Shown: piece by piece, positions 13,868-26,297 of the stretch
How the letters are laid out: each line of letters begins with the position of its first letter
Numbering within the stretch: the first letter of the stretch is position 1
Source of the DNA: Eledone cirrhosa
Taxonomy: Eukaryota
Reading direction: 5' to 3'
Length of the DNA: 64,000 nt
Assembly: GCA_964016885.1 (NCBI GenBank)
Contig: OZ024741.1
Location: forward strand, 256,742,001 to 256,806,000
Program-made: the position numbers and the translations under genes
Notes under the pieces: generated by a model
What the model saw: the letters and a program-made list of their open reading frames with translations, nothing else
Databases searched by the model: none
Told to the model about the DNA's origin: nothing

Positions 13868-13902
13868 TAGCAGAAAACCGCCCACCGGGTGGTTTTCTGC
13901 TA
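13868..13902. other. 35-nt inverted repeat/hairpin, candidate Helitron 3'-terminal hairpin (copy 1)
   Basis: TAGCAGAAAACC-GCCC-ACC-GGGT-GGTTTTCTGCTA: 12-bp perfect arms, then a G.T pair, CCC/GGG and a 3-nt loop. CTAG occurs at 13858-13861 and 13867-13870. The hairpin is directly visible; the Helitron role is inferred. Confidence 0.7.
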
Positions 13903-13903
13903 T

Positions 13904-14025
13904 TCTATATATATAAAACTGAGGATGTCTGTCTGTGTGTGAGTTTGAATCCCTAAAACTCGAGAACCACCCAACCGACTGTTTTCAAACTTTACACATG
14001 TAATACGTATGTTTCAGGGAGTGTT
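13904..14025 (+). mobile_element. Fragment resembling the 5' end of a non-autonomous Helitron (Lep1-like/invertebrate type), copy 1
   Basis: Starts TCTATATATATAAAA (5'-TC plus AT-rich head), followed by a GTCT/GT microsatellite, CTAAAACTCGAGAAC and AACCGA..TTTCAAACTTT. I recall this layout from invertebrate non-autonomous Helitrons; it has not been verified by search. No RepHel coding sequence. Confidence 0.65.
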
Positions 14026-14195
14026 CTGAGCAAAAAATATTTCAAATTTTCAATGCCGTAGGGACCACATTAGGCGATTTAGCGATCTCTCTCTATAATT
14101 CTTAGTCTTTCTCTTTTTAGATAGATACATACATATAACGTCGTGCCCTTATAATATCTGTCTGTATGTCTGGCTGTCTGCATTACGTCACTTCC

Positions 14196-14312
14196 CTGAG
14201 GATGTCTGTGTGTGTGTGTGTGTCTGTGAGTTTGAATCCCTAAAATGCGAGAAGTACCCAACCGATTTTTTTCAAACTTTACATGTGTATTACTTATGTT
14301 TCAGGGAGTGTT
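14196..14312 (+). mobile_element. Second, diverged copy of the Helitron-like segment (direct repeat of 13919-14025)
   Basis: CTGAGGATGTCTG(TG)n...GAGTTTGAATCCCTAAAA...GAGAA..ACCCAACCGA...TTTTCAAACTTTACA...TATGTTTCAGGGAGTGTT aligns with 13919-14025. The microsatellite is 10 bp longer and there are scattered substitutions. Confidence 0.65.
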
Positions 14313-17300
14313 TGTTATGCACATAAAATTCAACCTTTTGATCTGGTGTTTTGACTTACGAGTGTTTCGATACGAGTGTTTCGACTTACGAGTGTTCTGA
14401 CTTACGAGTGTTCTGACTTACGAGCGTTCTGACTTACGAGTGTTCCGACTTACGAGTGTTTCGGCTTACGAGTGTTTCGACTTACGAGTGTTCTGACTTA
14501 CGAGTGTTTCGACTTACGAGCGTTCCGACTTACGAGTGTTTCGACTAACGAGTGTTTCGGCTTACGAGTGTTTCGACTTACGAGTGTTCTGACTTACGAG
14601 TGTTCCGACTTACGAGCGTTCCGACTTACGAGTGTTTCGACTTACGAGTGTTAAGACTTACGGGTGTTTTGACATACGAGTGTTTCGATACGAGTGTTTC
14701 GACTTACGAGTGTTACGAGTGTTCTCACTTACGAGTGTTTCGACTTACGAGTGTTCTGACCTACGAGTGTTCTGACTTACGAGTGTTTCGACTTACGAGT
14801 GTTTTGACTTACGGGTGTTTCGACTTACGAGTGTTTCGACTTACGAGTGTTTCGAGTTACGAGTGTTTCGACTTACGAGTGTTTTGACTTACGAATGTTC
14901 TGACTTACGGGTGTTTCGGCTTACGAGTGTTTCGACTTACGAGTGTTTTAACTTACGGGTGTTTCGACTTACACGTGTTTCGACTTGCGAGTGTTTCGAC
15001 TTACGAGTGTTTCGACTACGAATGTTCCGACTTACGAGTGTTTCGACTTACGAGTGTTTCGACTTACGAGTATTCTGACTTACGGGTGTTCCGACTTACG
15101 AGTGTTTCGGCTTACGATTGTTTTGACTTACGATTGTTTCGGCTTATGAGTGTTTCGACTTACGAGTGTTTCGGCTTATGAGTGTTTCGACTTACGAGTG
15201 TTTCGGCTTACGAATGTTTCGACTTACGAGTGTTAAGACTTACGGGTGTTTTGACATACGAGTGTTTCGATTTACGAGTGTTTCGACTTACGAGTGCTTT
15301 GACTTACGGTGTTTCGGCTTACGAGTGTTTCGACTTACGAGTGTTTTGACTTACTGGTGTTTTGACATACGAGTGTTTCGATACGAGTGTTTCGACTTAC
15401 GAGTGTTCTGACTTACGAGTGTTCTGACTTACGAGTGTTCTGACTTACGAGTGTTCTAACTTACGAGTGTTCTGACTTACGAGTGTTCTGACTTACGAGT
15501 GTTCCGACTTACGAGTGTTTCGGCTCACCAGTGTTTCGGCTTACGAGTGTTTCGACTTACGAAAATAACAAATAGACGCGGTTTCAAATCTCTATGCTTT
15601 TCAAATTCATTACATTAATCTTTATTTATACGTTTCGCTTTACGAGTGTTTCGCCTTACGAGTGTTTCGACTTACGAGTGTTTCGGCTTACGATTGTTTT
15701 GACTTACGAGTGTTCTGACTTACGAGTGTTCTGACTTACGAGTGTTTCGGCTTACGAGTGTTTCGACTTACGAGTGTCGTGACTTACGAGTGTTTCGACT
15801 TACGAGCGTTCCGACTTACGAGTGTTTCGGCTTACGAATGTTCCGACTTACGAGTGTTTCGACTTACGAGTGTTTCGACTTACGAGCGTTTTGACTTACG
15901 AGTGTTTTGACTTACGGCGTTTCTGCTTACGAGTGTTTCGACTTACGAGTGTTAAGACTTACGGGTGTTTTGACATACGAGTGTTTCGACTTACGAGTGT
16001 TACGAGTGTTCTGACTTACGAGTGTTTCGACTTACGAGTGTTCTGACCTACGAGTGTTCTGACTTACGTGTTTTTCGACTTACGAGTGTTTTGACTTACG
16101 GGTGTTTCGACTTACGAGTTTTTCGACTTACGAGTGTTTCGAGTTACGGGTGTTTCGACTTACGAGTGTTTTGACTTACGAGTGTTAAGACTTACGGGTG
16201 TTTTGACATACGAGTGTTTCGATACGAGTGTTTCGACTTACGAGTGATTTGACTTACGGGTGTTTTGACATACGAGTGTTTCGATACGAGTGTTCTGACT
16301 TACGAGTGTTCTGACTTACGAGTGTTCTGACTTACGAGTGTTCTGATTTACGAGTGTTCCGACTTACGAGTGATCTGACTTACGAATGTTTTGACTTACT
16401 TCGACTTACGAGTGATCTGACTTACGAGTGTTCCTACTTACGAGTGTTTCGACTTACGAGTGTTTCGGCTTATGAGTGTTTCGACTTACAAGTGCTTCGA
16501 CTTACGAGTGTTTCGGCTTACGGGTGTTTCGACTTACGAATGTTTTTGCTTACGAGTGTTTCGGCTTACGAGTGTTTCGGCTTATGAGTGTTTCGACTTA
16601 CAAGTGTTTTGACTTACGGGTGTTTTGACATACGAGTGTTTCGATACGAGTGTTCTGACTTACGAGTGTTTCCGCTTACGAGTGTTTCGGCTTACGTGTG
16701 TTTCGACTTACTAATGTTTTTACTTACGAGTGTTTCGGTGTACGAGTGTTTCGACTTAAGGATGTTTCGACTTACGAGTGTTTCGACTTACGAGTGTTTC
16801 GACTTACGAGTGTTTCGACTTACGAGTGTTTTGGCTTACGAATGTTTCGACTTACGGGTGTTTCGACTTACGGGTGTTTCGGCTTACGAGTGTTTCGACT
16901 TATGAGTGTTCCGACTTACGAGTGTTTCGACTTACGAGTGTTCTGACTACGAGTGTTCTGACTTACGGGTGCTCTGACTTACGAGTGTTTCGACTTACGA
17001 GTGTTTCGACTTATGAGTGTTTCGGCTTACGAGTGTTTTGACTTACGAGTGTTCTGACTACGAGTGTTCTGACTTACGAGTGTTTCGGCTTATGAGTGTT
17101 TCGACTTACGAGTGTTTCGGCTTATGAGTGTTTCGACTTACGAGTGTTTCGGCTTACGAGTGTTTCGACTTACGAGTGTTTCGACTTACGAGTGTTTCGA
17201 CTTACGGGTGTTTCGACTTACGAGTGTTTCGACTACGAGTGTTTCGACATACGGGTGTTTCGACTTACGGTGTTTCGGCTTACGAGTGTTTCGACTTACG

Positions 17301-20300
17301 AGTGTTCTGACTTACGAGTGTTCTGACTTACGAGTGTTCCGGCTTAAGAGTGTTTCGGCTTACGAGTGTTTCGACTTACGAGTGTTTCGACTTACGAGTG
17401 TTTCGACTTACGAGTGTTTCGACTTACGAGTGTTTTGACTTACGGTGTTTCGGCTTACGAGTGTTTCGACTTACGAGTGTTTTGACTTACTGGTGTTTTG
17501 ACATACGAGTGTTTCGATACGAGTGTTTCGACTTACGAGTGTTCTGACTTACGAGTGTTCTGACTTACGAGTGTTCTAACTTACGAGTGTTCTGACTTAC
17601 GAGTGTTCTGACTTACGAGTGTTCCGATTTACGAGTGTTTCGGCTTATGAGTGTTTCGACTTACGAATGTTTTTGCTTACGGGTGTTTCGACTTACGAAT
17701 GTTTTTGCTTACGAGTGTTTCGGCTTACGAGTGTTTCGACTTACGAAAATAACAAATAGACGTGGTTTCAAATCTCTATGCTTTTCAAATTCATTACATT
17801 AATCTTTATTTACACGTTTCGCTTTACTAGTGTTTCGACTTACGAGTGTTTCGACTTACGAGTGTTTCGACTTACGAGTGTTTCGACTTACGAGTGTTTC
17901 GACTTACGAGTGTTTTGACTTACGAGTGTTCTGACTTACGAGTGTTCTGAATTACGAGTGTTTCGACTTACGAGTGTTCTGACTTACGAGTGTTCTGACT
18001 TACGAGTGTTCCGACTTACGAGTGTTTCGACTTACGAGTGTTTCGACTTACGAGTGTTTCGGCTTACGAGTGTTTTGACTTACGAATGTTCTGACTACGA
18101 GTGTTCTGACTTACGAGTGTTTCGGCTTATGAGTGTTTCGACTTACGAGTGTTTCGGCTTATGAGTGTTTCGACTTACGAGTGTTTCGGCTTACGATTGT
18201 TTCAACTTACGAGTGTTTCGACTTACGAGTGTTTCGACATACGGGTGTTTCGACTTACGAGTGTTTCGACTACGAGTGTTTCGACTTACGAGTGTTTCGG
18301 CTTACGAGTGTTTCGACATACGGGTGTTTCGACTTACGGTGTTTCGGCTTACGAGTGTTTCGACTTACGAGTGTTCTGACTTACGAGTGTTCTGACTTAC
18401 GAGTGTTCTGACTTACGAGTGTTCCGACTTACGAGTGTTTCGGCTTACGAGTGTTTCGGCTTACGAGTGTTTCGGCTTACGAGTGTTTCGACTTACGAGT
18501 GTTTCGACTTACGAGTGTTTCGACTTACGAGTGTGTTGACTTACGGTGTTTCGGCTTACGAGTGTTTCGACTTACGAGTGTTTTGACTTACTGGTGTTTT
18601 GACATACGAGTGTTTCGATACGAGTGTTTCGACTTACGAGTGTTCTGACTTACGAGTGTTCTGACTTACGAGTGTTCTGACTGACGAGTGTTCTAACTTA
18701 CGAGTGTTCTGACTTACGAGTGTTCTGACTTACGAGTGTTTCGACTTACGAGTGTTTCGGCTTACGATTGTTTTGACTTACGAGTGTTTTGACTTACGGG
18801 TGTTTCGGCCTACGAGTGTTTCGACTTACGAGTGTTCTGACTTACGAGTGCACTGACTTACGAGCGTTTCGGCTTACGAGTGTTTCGACTTAAGAGTGTT
18901 CTGACTTACGAGTGTTTCGACTTACGAGCGTTCCGACTTACGAGTGTTTCGGCTTACGAGTGTTCCGACTTACGAGTGTTTCGACTTACGAGTGTTTCGA
19001 CTTACGAGCGTTTTGACTTACGAGTGTTTTGACTTACGGTGTTTCTGCTTACGAGTGTTTCGACTTACGAGTGTTAAGACTTACGGGTGTTTTGACATAC
19101 GAGTGTTTCGACTTACGAGTGTTACGAGTGTTCTGACTTACGAGTGTTTCGACTTACGAGTGTTCTGACCTACGAGTGTTCTGACTTACGAGTGTTTCGA
19201 CTTACGAGTGTTTTGACTTACGGGTGTTTCGACTTACGAGTGTTTCGACTTACGAGTGTTTCGAGTTACGGGTGTTTCGACTTACGAGTGTTTTGACTTA
19301 CGAGTGTTAAGACTTACGGGTGTTTTGACATACGAGTGTTTCGATACGAGTGTTTCGAGTACGAGTGTTTCGACTTACGAGTGTTTCGGCTTACGAGTGT
19401 TTCGACATACGGGTGTTTCGATTTACGGTGTTTCGGCTTACGAGTGTTTCGACTTACGAATGTTCTGACTTACGAGTGTTCTGACTTACGAGTGTTCTGA
19501 CTTACGAGTGTTCTGACTTACGATTGTTCCGACTTACGAGTGTTTCGGCTTACGAGTGTTTCGGCTTACGAGTGTTTCGACTTACGAGTGTTTCGATTTA
19601 CGAGTGTTTCGAATTACGAGTGCTTTGACTTACGGTGTTTCGGCTTACGAGTGTTTCGACTTACGAGTGTTTTGACTTACTGGTGTTTTGACATACGAGT
19701 GTTTCGATACGAGTGTTTCGATTTACGAGTGTTCTGACTTACGAGTGTTCTGACTTACGAGTGTTCTGACTTACGAGTGTTCTAACTTACGAGTGTTCTG
19801 ACTTACGAGTGTTCTGACTTACGAGTGTTCCGACTTACGAGTGTTTCGGCTCACCAGTGTTTCGGCTTACGAGTGTTTCGACTTACGAAAATAACAAATA
19901 GACGCGGTTTCAAATCTCTATGCTTTTCAAATTCATTACATTAATCTTTATTTATACGTTTCGCTTTACGAGTGTTTCGACTTACGAGTGTTTCGACTTA
20001 CGAGGGTTTCGGCTTACGATTGTTTTGACTTACGAGTGTTTTGACTTACGGGTGTTTCGGCTTACGAGTGTTTCGACTTACGAGTGTTCTGACTTACGAG
20101 TGTTCTGACTTACGAGTGTTTCGGCTTACGAGTGTTTCGACTTACGAGTGTTGTGACTTACGAGTGTTTCGACTTACGAGCGTTCCGACTTACGAGTGTT
20201 TCGGCTTACGAATGTTCCGACTTACGAGTGTTTCGACTTACGAGTGTTTCGACGTACGAGCGTTTTGACTTACGAGTGTTTTGACTTACGGTGTTTCTGC

Positions 20301-20439
20301 TTACGAGTGTTTCGACTTACGAGTGTTAAGACTTACGGGTGTTTTGACATACGAGTGTTTCGACTTACGAGTGTTACGAGTGTTCTGACTTAAGAGTGTT
20401 TCGACTTACGAGTGTTCTGACCTACGAGTGTTCTGACTT

Positions 20440-22510
20440 ACGTGTGTCTCGACTTACGAGTGTTTTGACTTACGGGTGTTTCGACTTACGAGTGTTTCGA
20501 CTTACGAGTGTTTCGAGTTACGGGTGTTTCGACTTACGAGTGTTTTGACTTACGAGTGTTAAGACTTACGGGTGTTTTGACATACGAGTGTTTCGATACG
20601 AGTGTTTCGACTTACGAGTGTTTTGACTTACGGGTGTTTTGACATACGAGTGTTTCGATACGAGTGTTTCGAGTACGAGTGTTTCGACTTACGAGTGTTT
20701 CGGCTTACGAGTGTTTCGACTTACGAGTGTTCTGACCTACGAGTGTTCTGACTTACGAGTGTTCCTACTTACGAGTGTTTCGACTTACGAGTGTTTCGAC
20801 TTGCGAGTGTTTCGACTTACGAATGTTCCGACTTACGAAAATAACAAATAGACGCGGTTTCAAATATCTATGCTTTTCAAATTCATTACATTAATCTTTA
20901 TTTATACGTTTCGCTTTACGAGTGTTTCGGCGTACGAGTGTTTCGACTTACGAGTGTTTTAACTTACGGTTGTTTCGACTTACGCGTGTTTCGACTACGA
21001 ATGTTCCGACTTACGAGTGTTTCGACTTACGAGTGTTTCGACTTACGAGTGCTTTGACTTACGAATGTTTTGACTTACTTCGACTTACGAGTGATCTGAC
21101 TTACGAGTGTTCCTACTTACGAGTGTTCTGACTTACGTGTGTTTCGACTTACGAGTGTTTTGACTTACGGGTGTTTCGACTTACGAGTGTTTCGACTTAC
21201 GAGTGTTTCGAGTTACGGGTGTTTCGACTTACGAGTGTTTTGACTTACGAGTGTTAAGACTTACGGGTGTTTTGACATACGAGTGTTTCGATACGAGTGT
21301 TTCGACTTACGAGTGTTTTGACTTACGGGTGTTTTGACATACGAGTGTTTCGATACGAGTGTTTCGAGTACGAGTGTTTCGACTTACGAGTGTTTCGGCT
21401 TACGAGTGTTTCGACTTACGAGTGTTCTGACCTACGAGTGTTCTGACTTACGAGTGTTCCTACTTACGAGTGTTTCGACTTACGAGTGTTTCGACTTGCG
21501 AGTGTTTCGACTTACGAATGTTCCGACTTACGAAAATAACAAATAGACGCGGTTTCAAATATCTATGCTTTTCAAATTCATTACATTAATCTTTATTTAT
21601 ACGTTTCGCTTTACGAGTGTTTCGGCGTACGAGTGTTTCGACTTACGAGTGTTTTAACTTACGGTTGTTTCGACTTACGCGTGTTTCGACTACGAATGTT
21701 CCGACTTACGAGTGTTTCGACTTACGAGTGTTTCGACTTACGAGTGCTTTGACTTACGAATGTTTTGACTTACTTCGACTTACGAGTGATCTGACTTACG
21801 AGTGTTCCTACTTACGAGTGTTCTGACTTACGTGTGTTTCGACTTACGAGTGTTTTGACTTACGGGTGTTTCGACTTACGAGTGTTTCGACTTACGAGTG
21901 TTTCGAGTTACGGGTGTTTCGACTTACGAGTGTTTTGACTTACGAGTGTTAAGACTTACGGGTGTTTTGACATACGAGTGTTTCGATACGAGTGTTTCGA
22001 CTTACGAGTGTTTTGACTTACGGGTGTTTTGACATACGAGTGTTTCGATACGAGTGTTCTGACTTACGAGTGTTCTGACTTCCGAGTGTTCTGACTTACA
22101 AGTGTTCTGACTTACGAGTGTTCCGACTTACGAGTGATCTGACTTACGAGTGTTCCTACTTACGAGTGTTTCGACTTACGAGTGTTTCGACTTGCGAGTG
22201 TTTCGACTTACGAATGTTCCGACTTACGAAAATAACAAATATACGCGGTTTCAAATATCTATGCTTTTCAAATTCATTACATTAATCTTTATTTATACGT
22301 TTCGCTTTACGAGTGTTTCGGCGTACGAGTGTTTCGACTTACGAGTGTTTTAACTTACGGTTGTTTCGAATTACGCGTGTTTCGACTACGAATGTTCCGA
22401 CTTACGAGTGTTTCGACTTACGAGTGTTTCGACTTACGAGTGCTTTGACTTACGAATGTTTTGACTTACTTCGACTTACGAGTGATCTGACTTACGAGTG
22501 TTCCTACTTA
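20440..22510 (+). repeat. Local higher-order repeat, period ~695 bp, about 3 copies (third diverged)
   Basis: Identical ORFs at 20639/21334 and 20922/21617. Spacers at 20839, 21534 and 22230. Confidence 0.88.
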
Positions 22511-22577
22511 CGAGTGTTTCGACTTACGAGTGTTTCGACTTGCGAGTGTTTCGACATACGAGTGTTTCGACTTACGA

Positions 22578-22646
22578 AAATAACAAATAGACGCGGTTTC
22601 AAATCTCTATGCTTTTCAAATTCATTACATTAATCTTTATTTATAC
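22578..22646 (+). repeat. 69-bp AT-rich spacer, type D (representative)
   Basis: ATCT form followed by TTCGAGTTAC...GTGATTCGGCTAACG. Also at 34577, 38195 and 63106, each 344-348 bp downstream of a type C spacer. Confidence 0.9.
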
Positions 22647-25600
22647 GTTTCGCTTTACGAGTGTTTCGAGTTACGAGTGTTTCGACATACGAGTGATTCG
22701 GCTAACGAGTGTTTTGATTTACGAGTGTTTTGACTTACGGGTGCTTCGACTTACGCGTGTTTCGACTTACGAGTGTTTCGACTTACGAGTGTTTCGACTT
22801 ACGAGTGTTTTGGCTTACGAATGTTTCGACTTACGGGTGTTTCGACTTACGGGTGTTTCGGCTTACGAGTGTTTCGACTTATGAGTGTTCCGACTTACGA
22901 GTGTTTCGACTTACGAGTGTTCTGACTACGAGTGTTCTGACTTACGGGTGCTCTGACTTACGAGTGTTTCGACTTACGAGTGTTTCGACTTATGAGTGTT
23001 TCGGCTTACGAGTGTTTTGACTTACGAGTGTTCTGACTACGAGTGTTCTGACTTACGAGTGTTTCGGCTTATGAGTGTTTCGACTTACGAGTGTTTCGGC
23101 TTATGAGTGTTTCGACTTACGAGTGTTTCGGCTTACGAGTGTTTCGACTTACGAGTGTTTCGACTTACGAGTGTTTCGACTTACGGGTGTTTCGACTTAC
23201 GAGTGTTTCGACTACGAGTGTTTCGACATACGGGTGTTTCGACTTACGGTGTTTCGGCTTACGAGTATTTCGACTTACGAGTGTTCTGACTTACGAGTGT
23301 TCTGACTTACGAGTGTTCCGGCTTACGAGTGTTTCGGCTTACGAGTGTTTCGACTTACGAGTGTTTCGACTTACGAGTGTTTCGACTTACGAGTGTTTCG
23401 ACTTACGAGTGTTTTGACTTACGGTGTTTCGGCTTACGAGTGTTTCGACTTACGAGTGTTTTGACTTACTGGTGTTTTGACATACGAGTGTTTCGATACG
23501 AGTGTTTCGACTTACGAGTGTTCTGACTTACGAGTGTTCTGACTTACGAGTGTTCTAACTTACGAGTGTTCTGACTTACGAGTGTTCTGACTTACGAGTG
23601 TTCCGACTTACGAGTGTTTCGGCTCACCAGTGTTTCGGCTTACGAGTGTTTCGACTTACGAAAATAACAAATAGACGCGGTTTCAAATCTCTATGCTTTT
23701 CATATTCATTACATTAATCTTTATTTATACGTTTCGCCTTACGAGTGTTTCGACTTACGAGTGTTTCGACTTACGAGTGTTTCGGCTTACGAGTGTTTCG
23801 ACTTACGAGTGTTTTGACTTACGGGTGTTTTGACATACGAGTGTTTCGATACGAGTGTTCTGACTTACGAGTGTTCTGACTTACGAGTGTTCTGACTTAC
23901 GAGTGTTCTGACTTACGAGTGTTCTGACATACGTGTGTTCTGACTTACGAGTGTTCCGATTTACGAGTGTTTCGGCTTATGAGTGTTTCGACTTACGAAT
24001 GTTTTTGCTTACGGGTGTTTCGACTTACGAATGTTTTTGCTTACGAGTGTTTCGGCTTACGAGTGTTTCGACTTACGAAAATAACAAATAGACGTGGTTT
24101 CAAATCTCTATGCTTTTCAAATTCATTACATTAATCTTTATTTACACGTTTCGCTTTACTAGTGTTTCGACTTACGAGTGTTTCGACTTACGAGTGTTTC
24201 GACTTACGAGTGTTTCGACTTACGAGTGTTTTGACTTACGAGTGTTCTGACTTACGAGTGTTCTGACTTACGAGTGTTTCGACTTACGAGTGTTCTGACT
24301 TACGAGTGTTCTGACTTACGAGTGTTCCGACTTACGAGTGTTTCGACTTACGAGTGTTTCGACTTACGAGTGTTTCGACTTAAGAGTGTTTCGGCTTACG
24401 AGTGTTTTGACTTACGAGTGTTTCGACTTACGAGTGTTTCGACTTACGAGTGTTCTGGCTACGAGTGTTCTGACTTATGAGTGTTTCGGCTTATGAGTGT
24501 TTCGACTTACGAGTGTTTCGACTTACGAGTGTTTCGGCTTACGATTGTTTCGACTTACGAGTGTTTCGACTTACGAGTGTTTCGACATACGGGTGTTTCG
24601 ACTTACGAGTGTTTCGACTACGAGTGTTTCGACTTACGAGTGTTTCGACTTACGAGTGTTCTGACTTACGAGTGTTCTGACTTACGAGTGTTCTGACTTA
24701 CGAGTGTTCCGACTTACGAGTGTTTCGACTTACGAGTGTTTTGACTTACGAATGTTCTGACTTACGGGTGTTTCGCCTTACGAGTGTTTCGACTTACGAG
24801 TGTTTTAAATTACGGGTGTTTCGACTTACGCGTGTTTCGACTTACGAGTGTTTCGACTTACGAGTGTTTCGACTTACGAGTGTTTCGACTTACGAAAATA
24901 ACTTTCAAATATCTATGCTTTTCAAATTCATTACATTAATCTTTATTTATACGTTTCGCTTTACGAGTGTTTCGGCGTACGAGTGTCTCGACTTACGAGT
25001 GTTTTAACTTACGGTTGTTTCGACTTACGCGTGTTTCTACTACGAATGTTCCGACTTACGAGTGTTTCGACTTACGAGTGTTTCGACTTACGAGTGCTTT
25101 GACTTACGAATGTTTTGACTTCGACTTACGAGTGATCTGACTTACGAGTGTTCCTACTTACGAGTGTTTCGACTTACGAGTGTTTCGACTTGCGAGTGTT
25201 TCGACTTACGAGTGTTTCGGCTTACGAGTGTTTCGATGTTTCGGCTTACGTGTGTTTCGACTTACGAGTGTTTCGACTTACGAGTGTTTCGGCTTATGAG
25301 TGTTTCGACTTACGAGTGCTTCGGCTTACGAGTGTTTCGACTTACGAGTGTTTCGGCTTACGAGTGTTTCGACGTACGAATGTTTTGGCTTACGAGTGTT
25401 TCGGCTTATGAGTGTTTCGACTTACGAGTGTTTCGACTTACGAGTGTTTCGGCTTACGAGTGTTTCGACTTACGAGTGTTTCGGCTTACGAGTGTTTCAG
25501 TGTTTCGGCTTACGTGTGTTTTGACTTACGAGTGTTTCGACTTACGAGTGTTTCGGCTTACGAGTGTTTCGGCTTACGAGTGTTTCGGCTTATATATAAA

Positions 25601-25852
25601 CGTTTCTATTTCCATCGTTTTATCGTAAACGTTTATATATTTCCATCGTTATATCATAACGTTTATATTTCCGTCACTAATCTCTTTTTCTCCTTTTCCG
25701 TTTTAACATATATTTATTTCAAAGATTTCACCGTATAGATAACATATATATTTATACATGCATAAAAGACACACCGAGAGACGGTAAAAATGTGGTGCCA
25801 AAAACATTTCTCATCCAAATCTCAACAATATCAGTATATACACTAGATTTGC

Positions 25853-25887
25853 TAGCAGAAAACCGCCCACCGGGTGGTTTTCTGCTA
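25853..25887. other. 35-nt hairpin (copy 2)
   Basis: Identical to 13868-13902. Confidence 0.7.
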
Positions 25888-25888
25888 T

Positions 25889-26010
25889 TCTATATATATA
25901 AAACTGAGGATGTCTGTCTGTGTGTTAGTTTGAATCCCTAAAACTCGAGAACCACCCAACCGACTGTTTTCAAACTTTACACATGTAATACGTATGTTTC
26001 AGGGAGTGTT
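25889..26010 (+). mobile_element. Helitron-like 5' fragment (copy 2)
   Basis: Duplicate of 13904-14025. Confidence 0.65.
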
Positions 26011-26180
26011 CTGAGCAAAAAATATTTCAAATTTTCAATGCCGTAGGGACCACATTAGGCGATTTAGCGATCTCTCTCTATAATTCTTAGTCTTTCTCTT
26101 TTTAGATAGATACATACATATAACGTCGTGCCCTTATAATATCTGTCTGTATGTCTGGCTGTCTGCATTACGTCACTTCC

Positions 26181-26297
26181 CTGAGGATGTCTGTGTGTGT
26201 GTGTGTGTCTGTGAGTTTGAATCCCTAAAATGCGAGAAGTACCCAACCGATTTTTTTCAAACTTTACATGTGTATTACTTATGTTTCAGGGAGTGTT
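26181..26297 (+). mobile_element. Diverged second Helitron-like segment (copy 2)
   Basis: Duplicate of 14196-14312. Confidence 0.65.

Larger units (their letters stand above)
13608..14342. other. ~735-bp non-satellite island (copy 1): minisatellite, AT-rich sequence, hairpin and Helitron-like fragments
   Basis: Satellite periodicity stops after ...CGGCTTA (13607) and resumes at CTGGTGTTTTGAC (14343). No target-site duplication is evident. Confidence 0.95.

Noticed and set aside
13868-13902. Hairpin as a rho-independent terminator
   Set aside because: There is no upstream gene and the context is eukaryotic satellite. A transposon-end hairpin is the better explanation.
14183-14195. ETS/CRE-like composite motif (TTACGTCACTTCC, reverse GGAAGTGACGTAA)
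   Set aside because: A single short motif inside a repeat fragment with no associated gene or other promoter evidence.
14079-14261. 60-aa minus-strand ORF (also 26064-26246)
   Set aside because: Short, runs through (CA)n and TC-rich low-complexity tracts of the element fragment (HTHTH), and has no recognisable domain.
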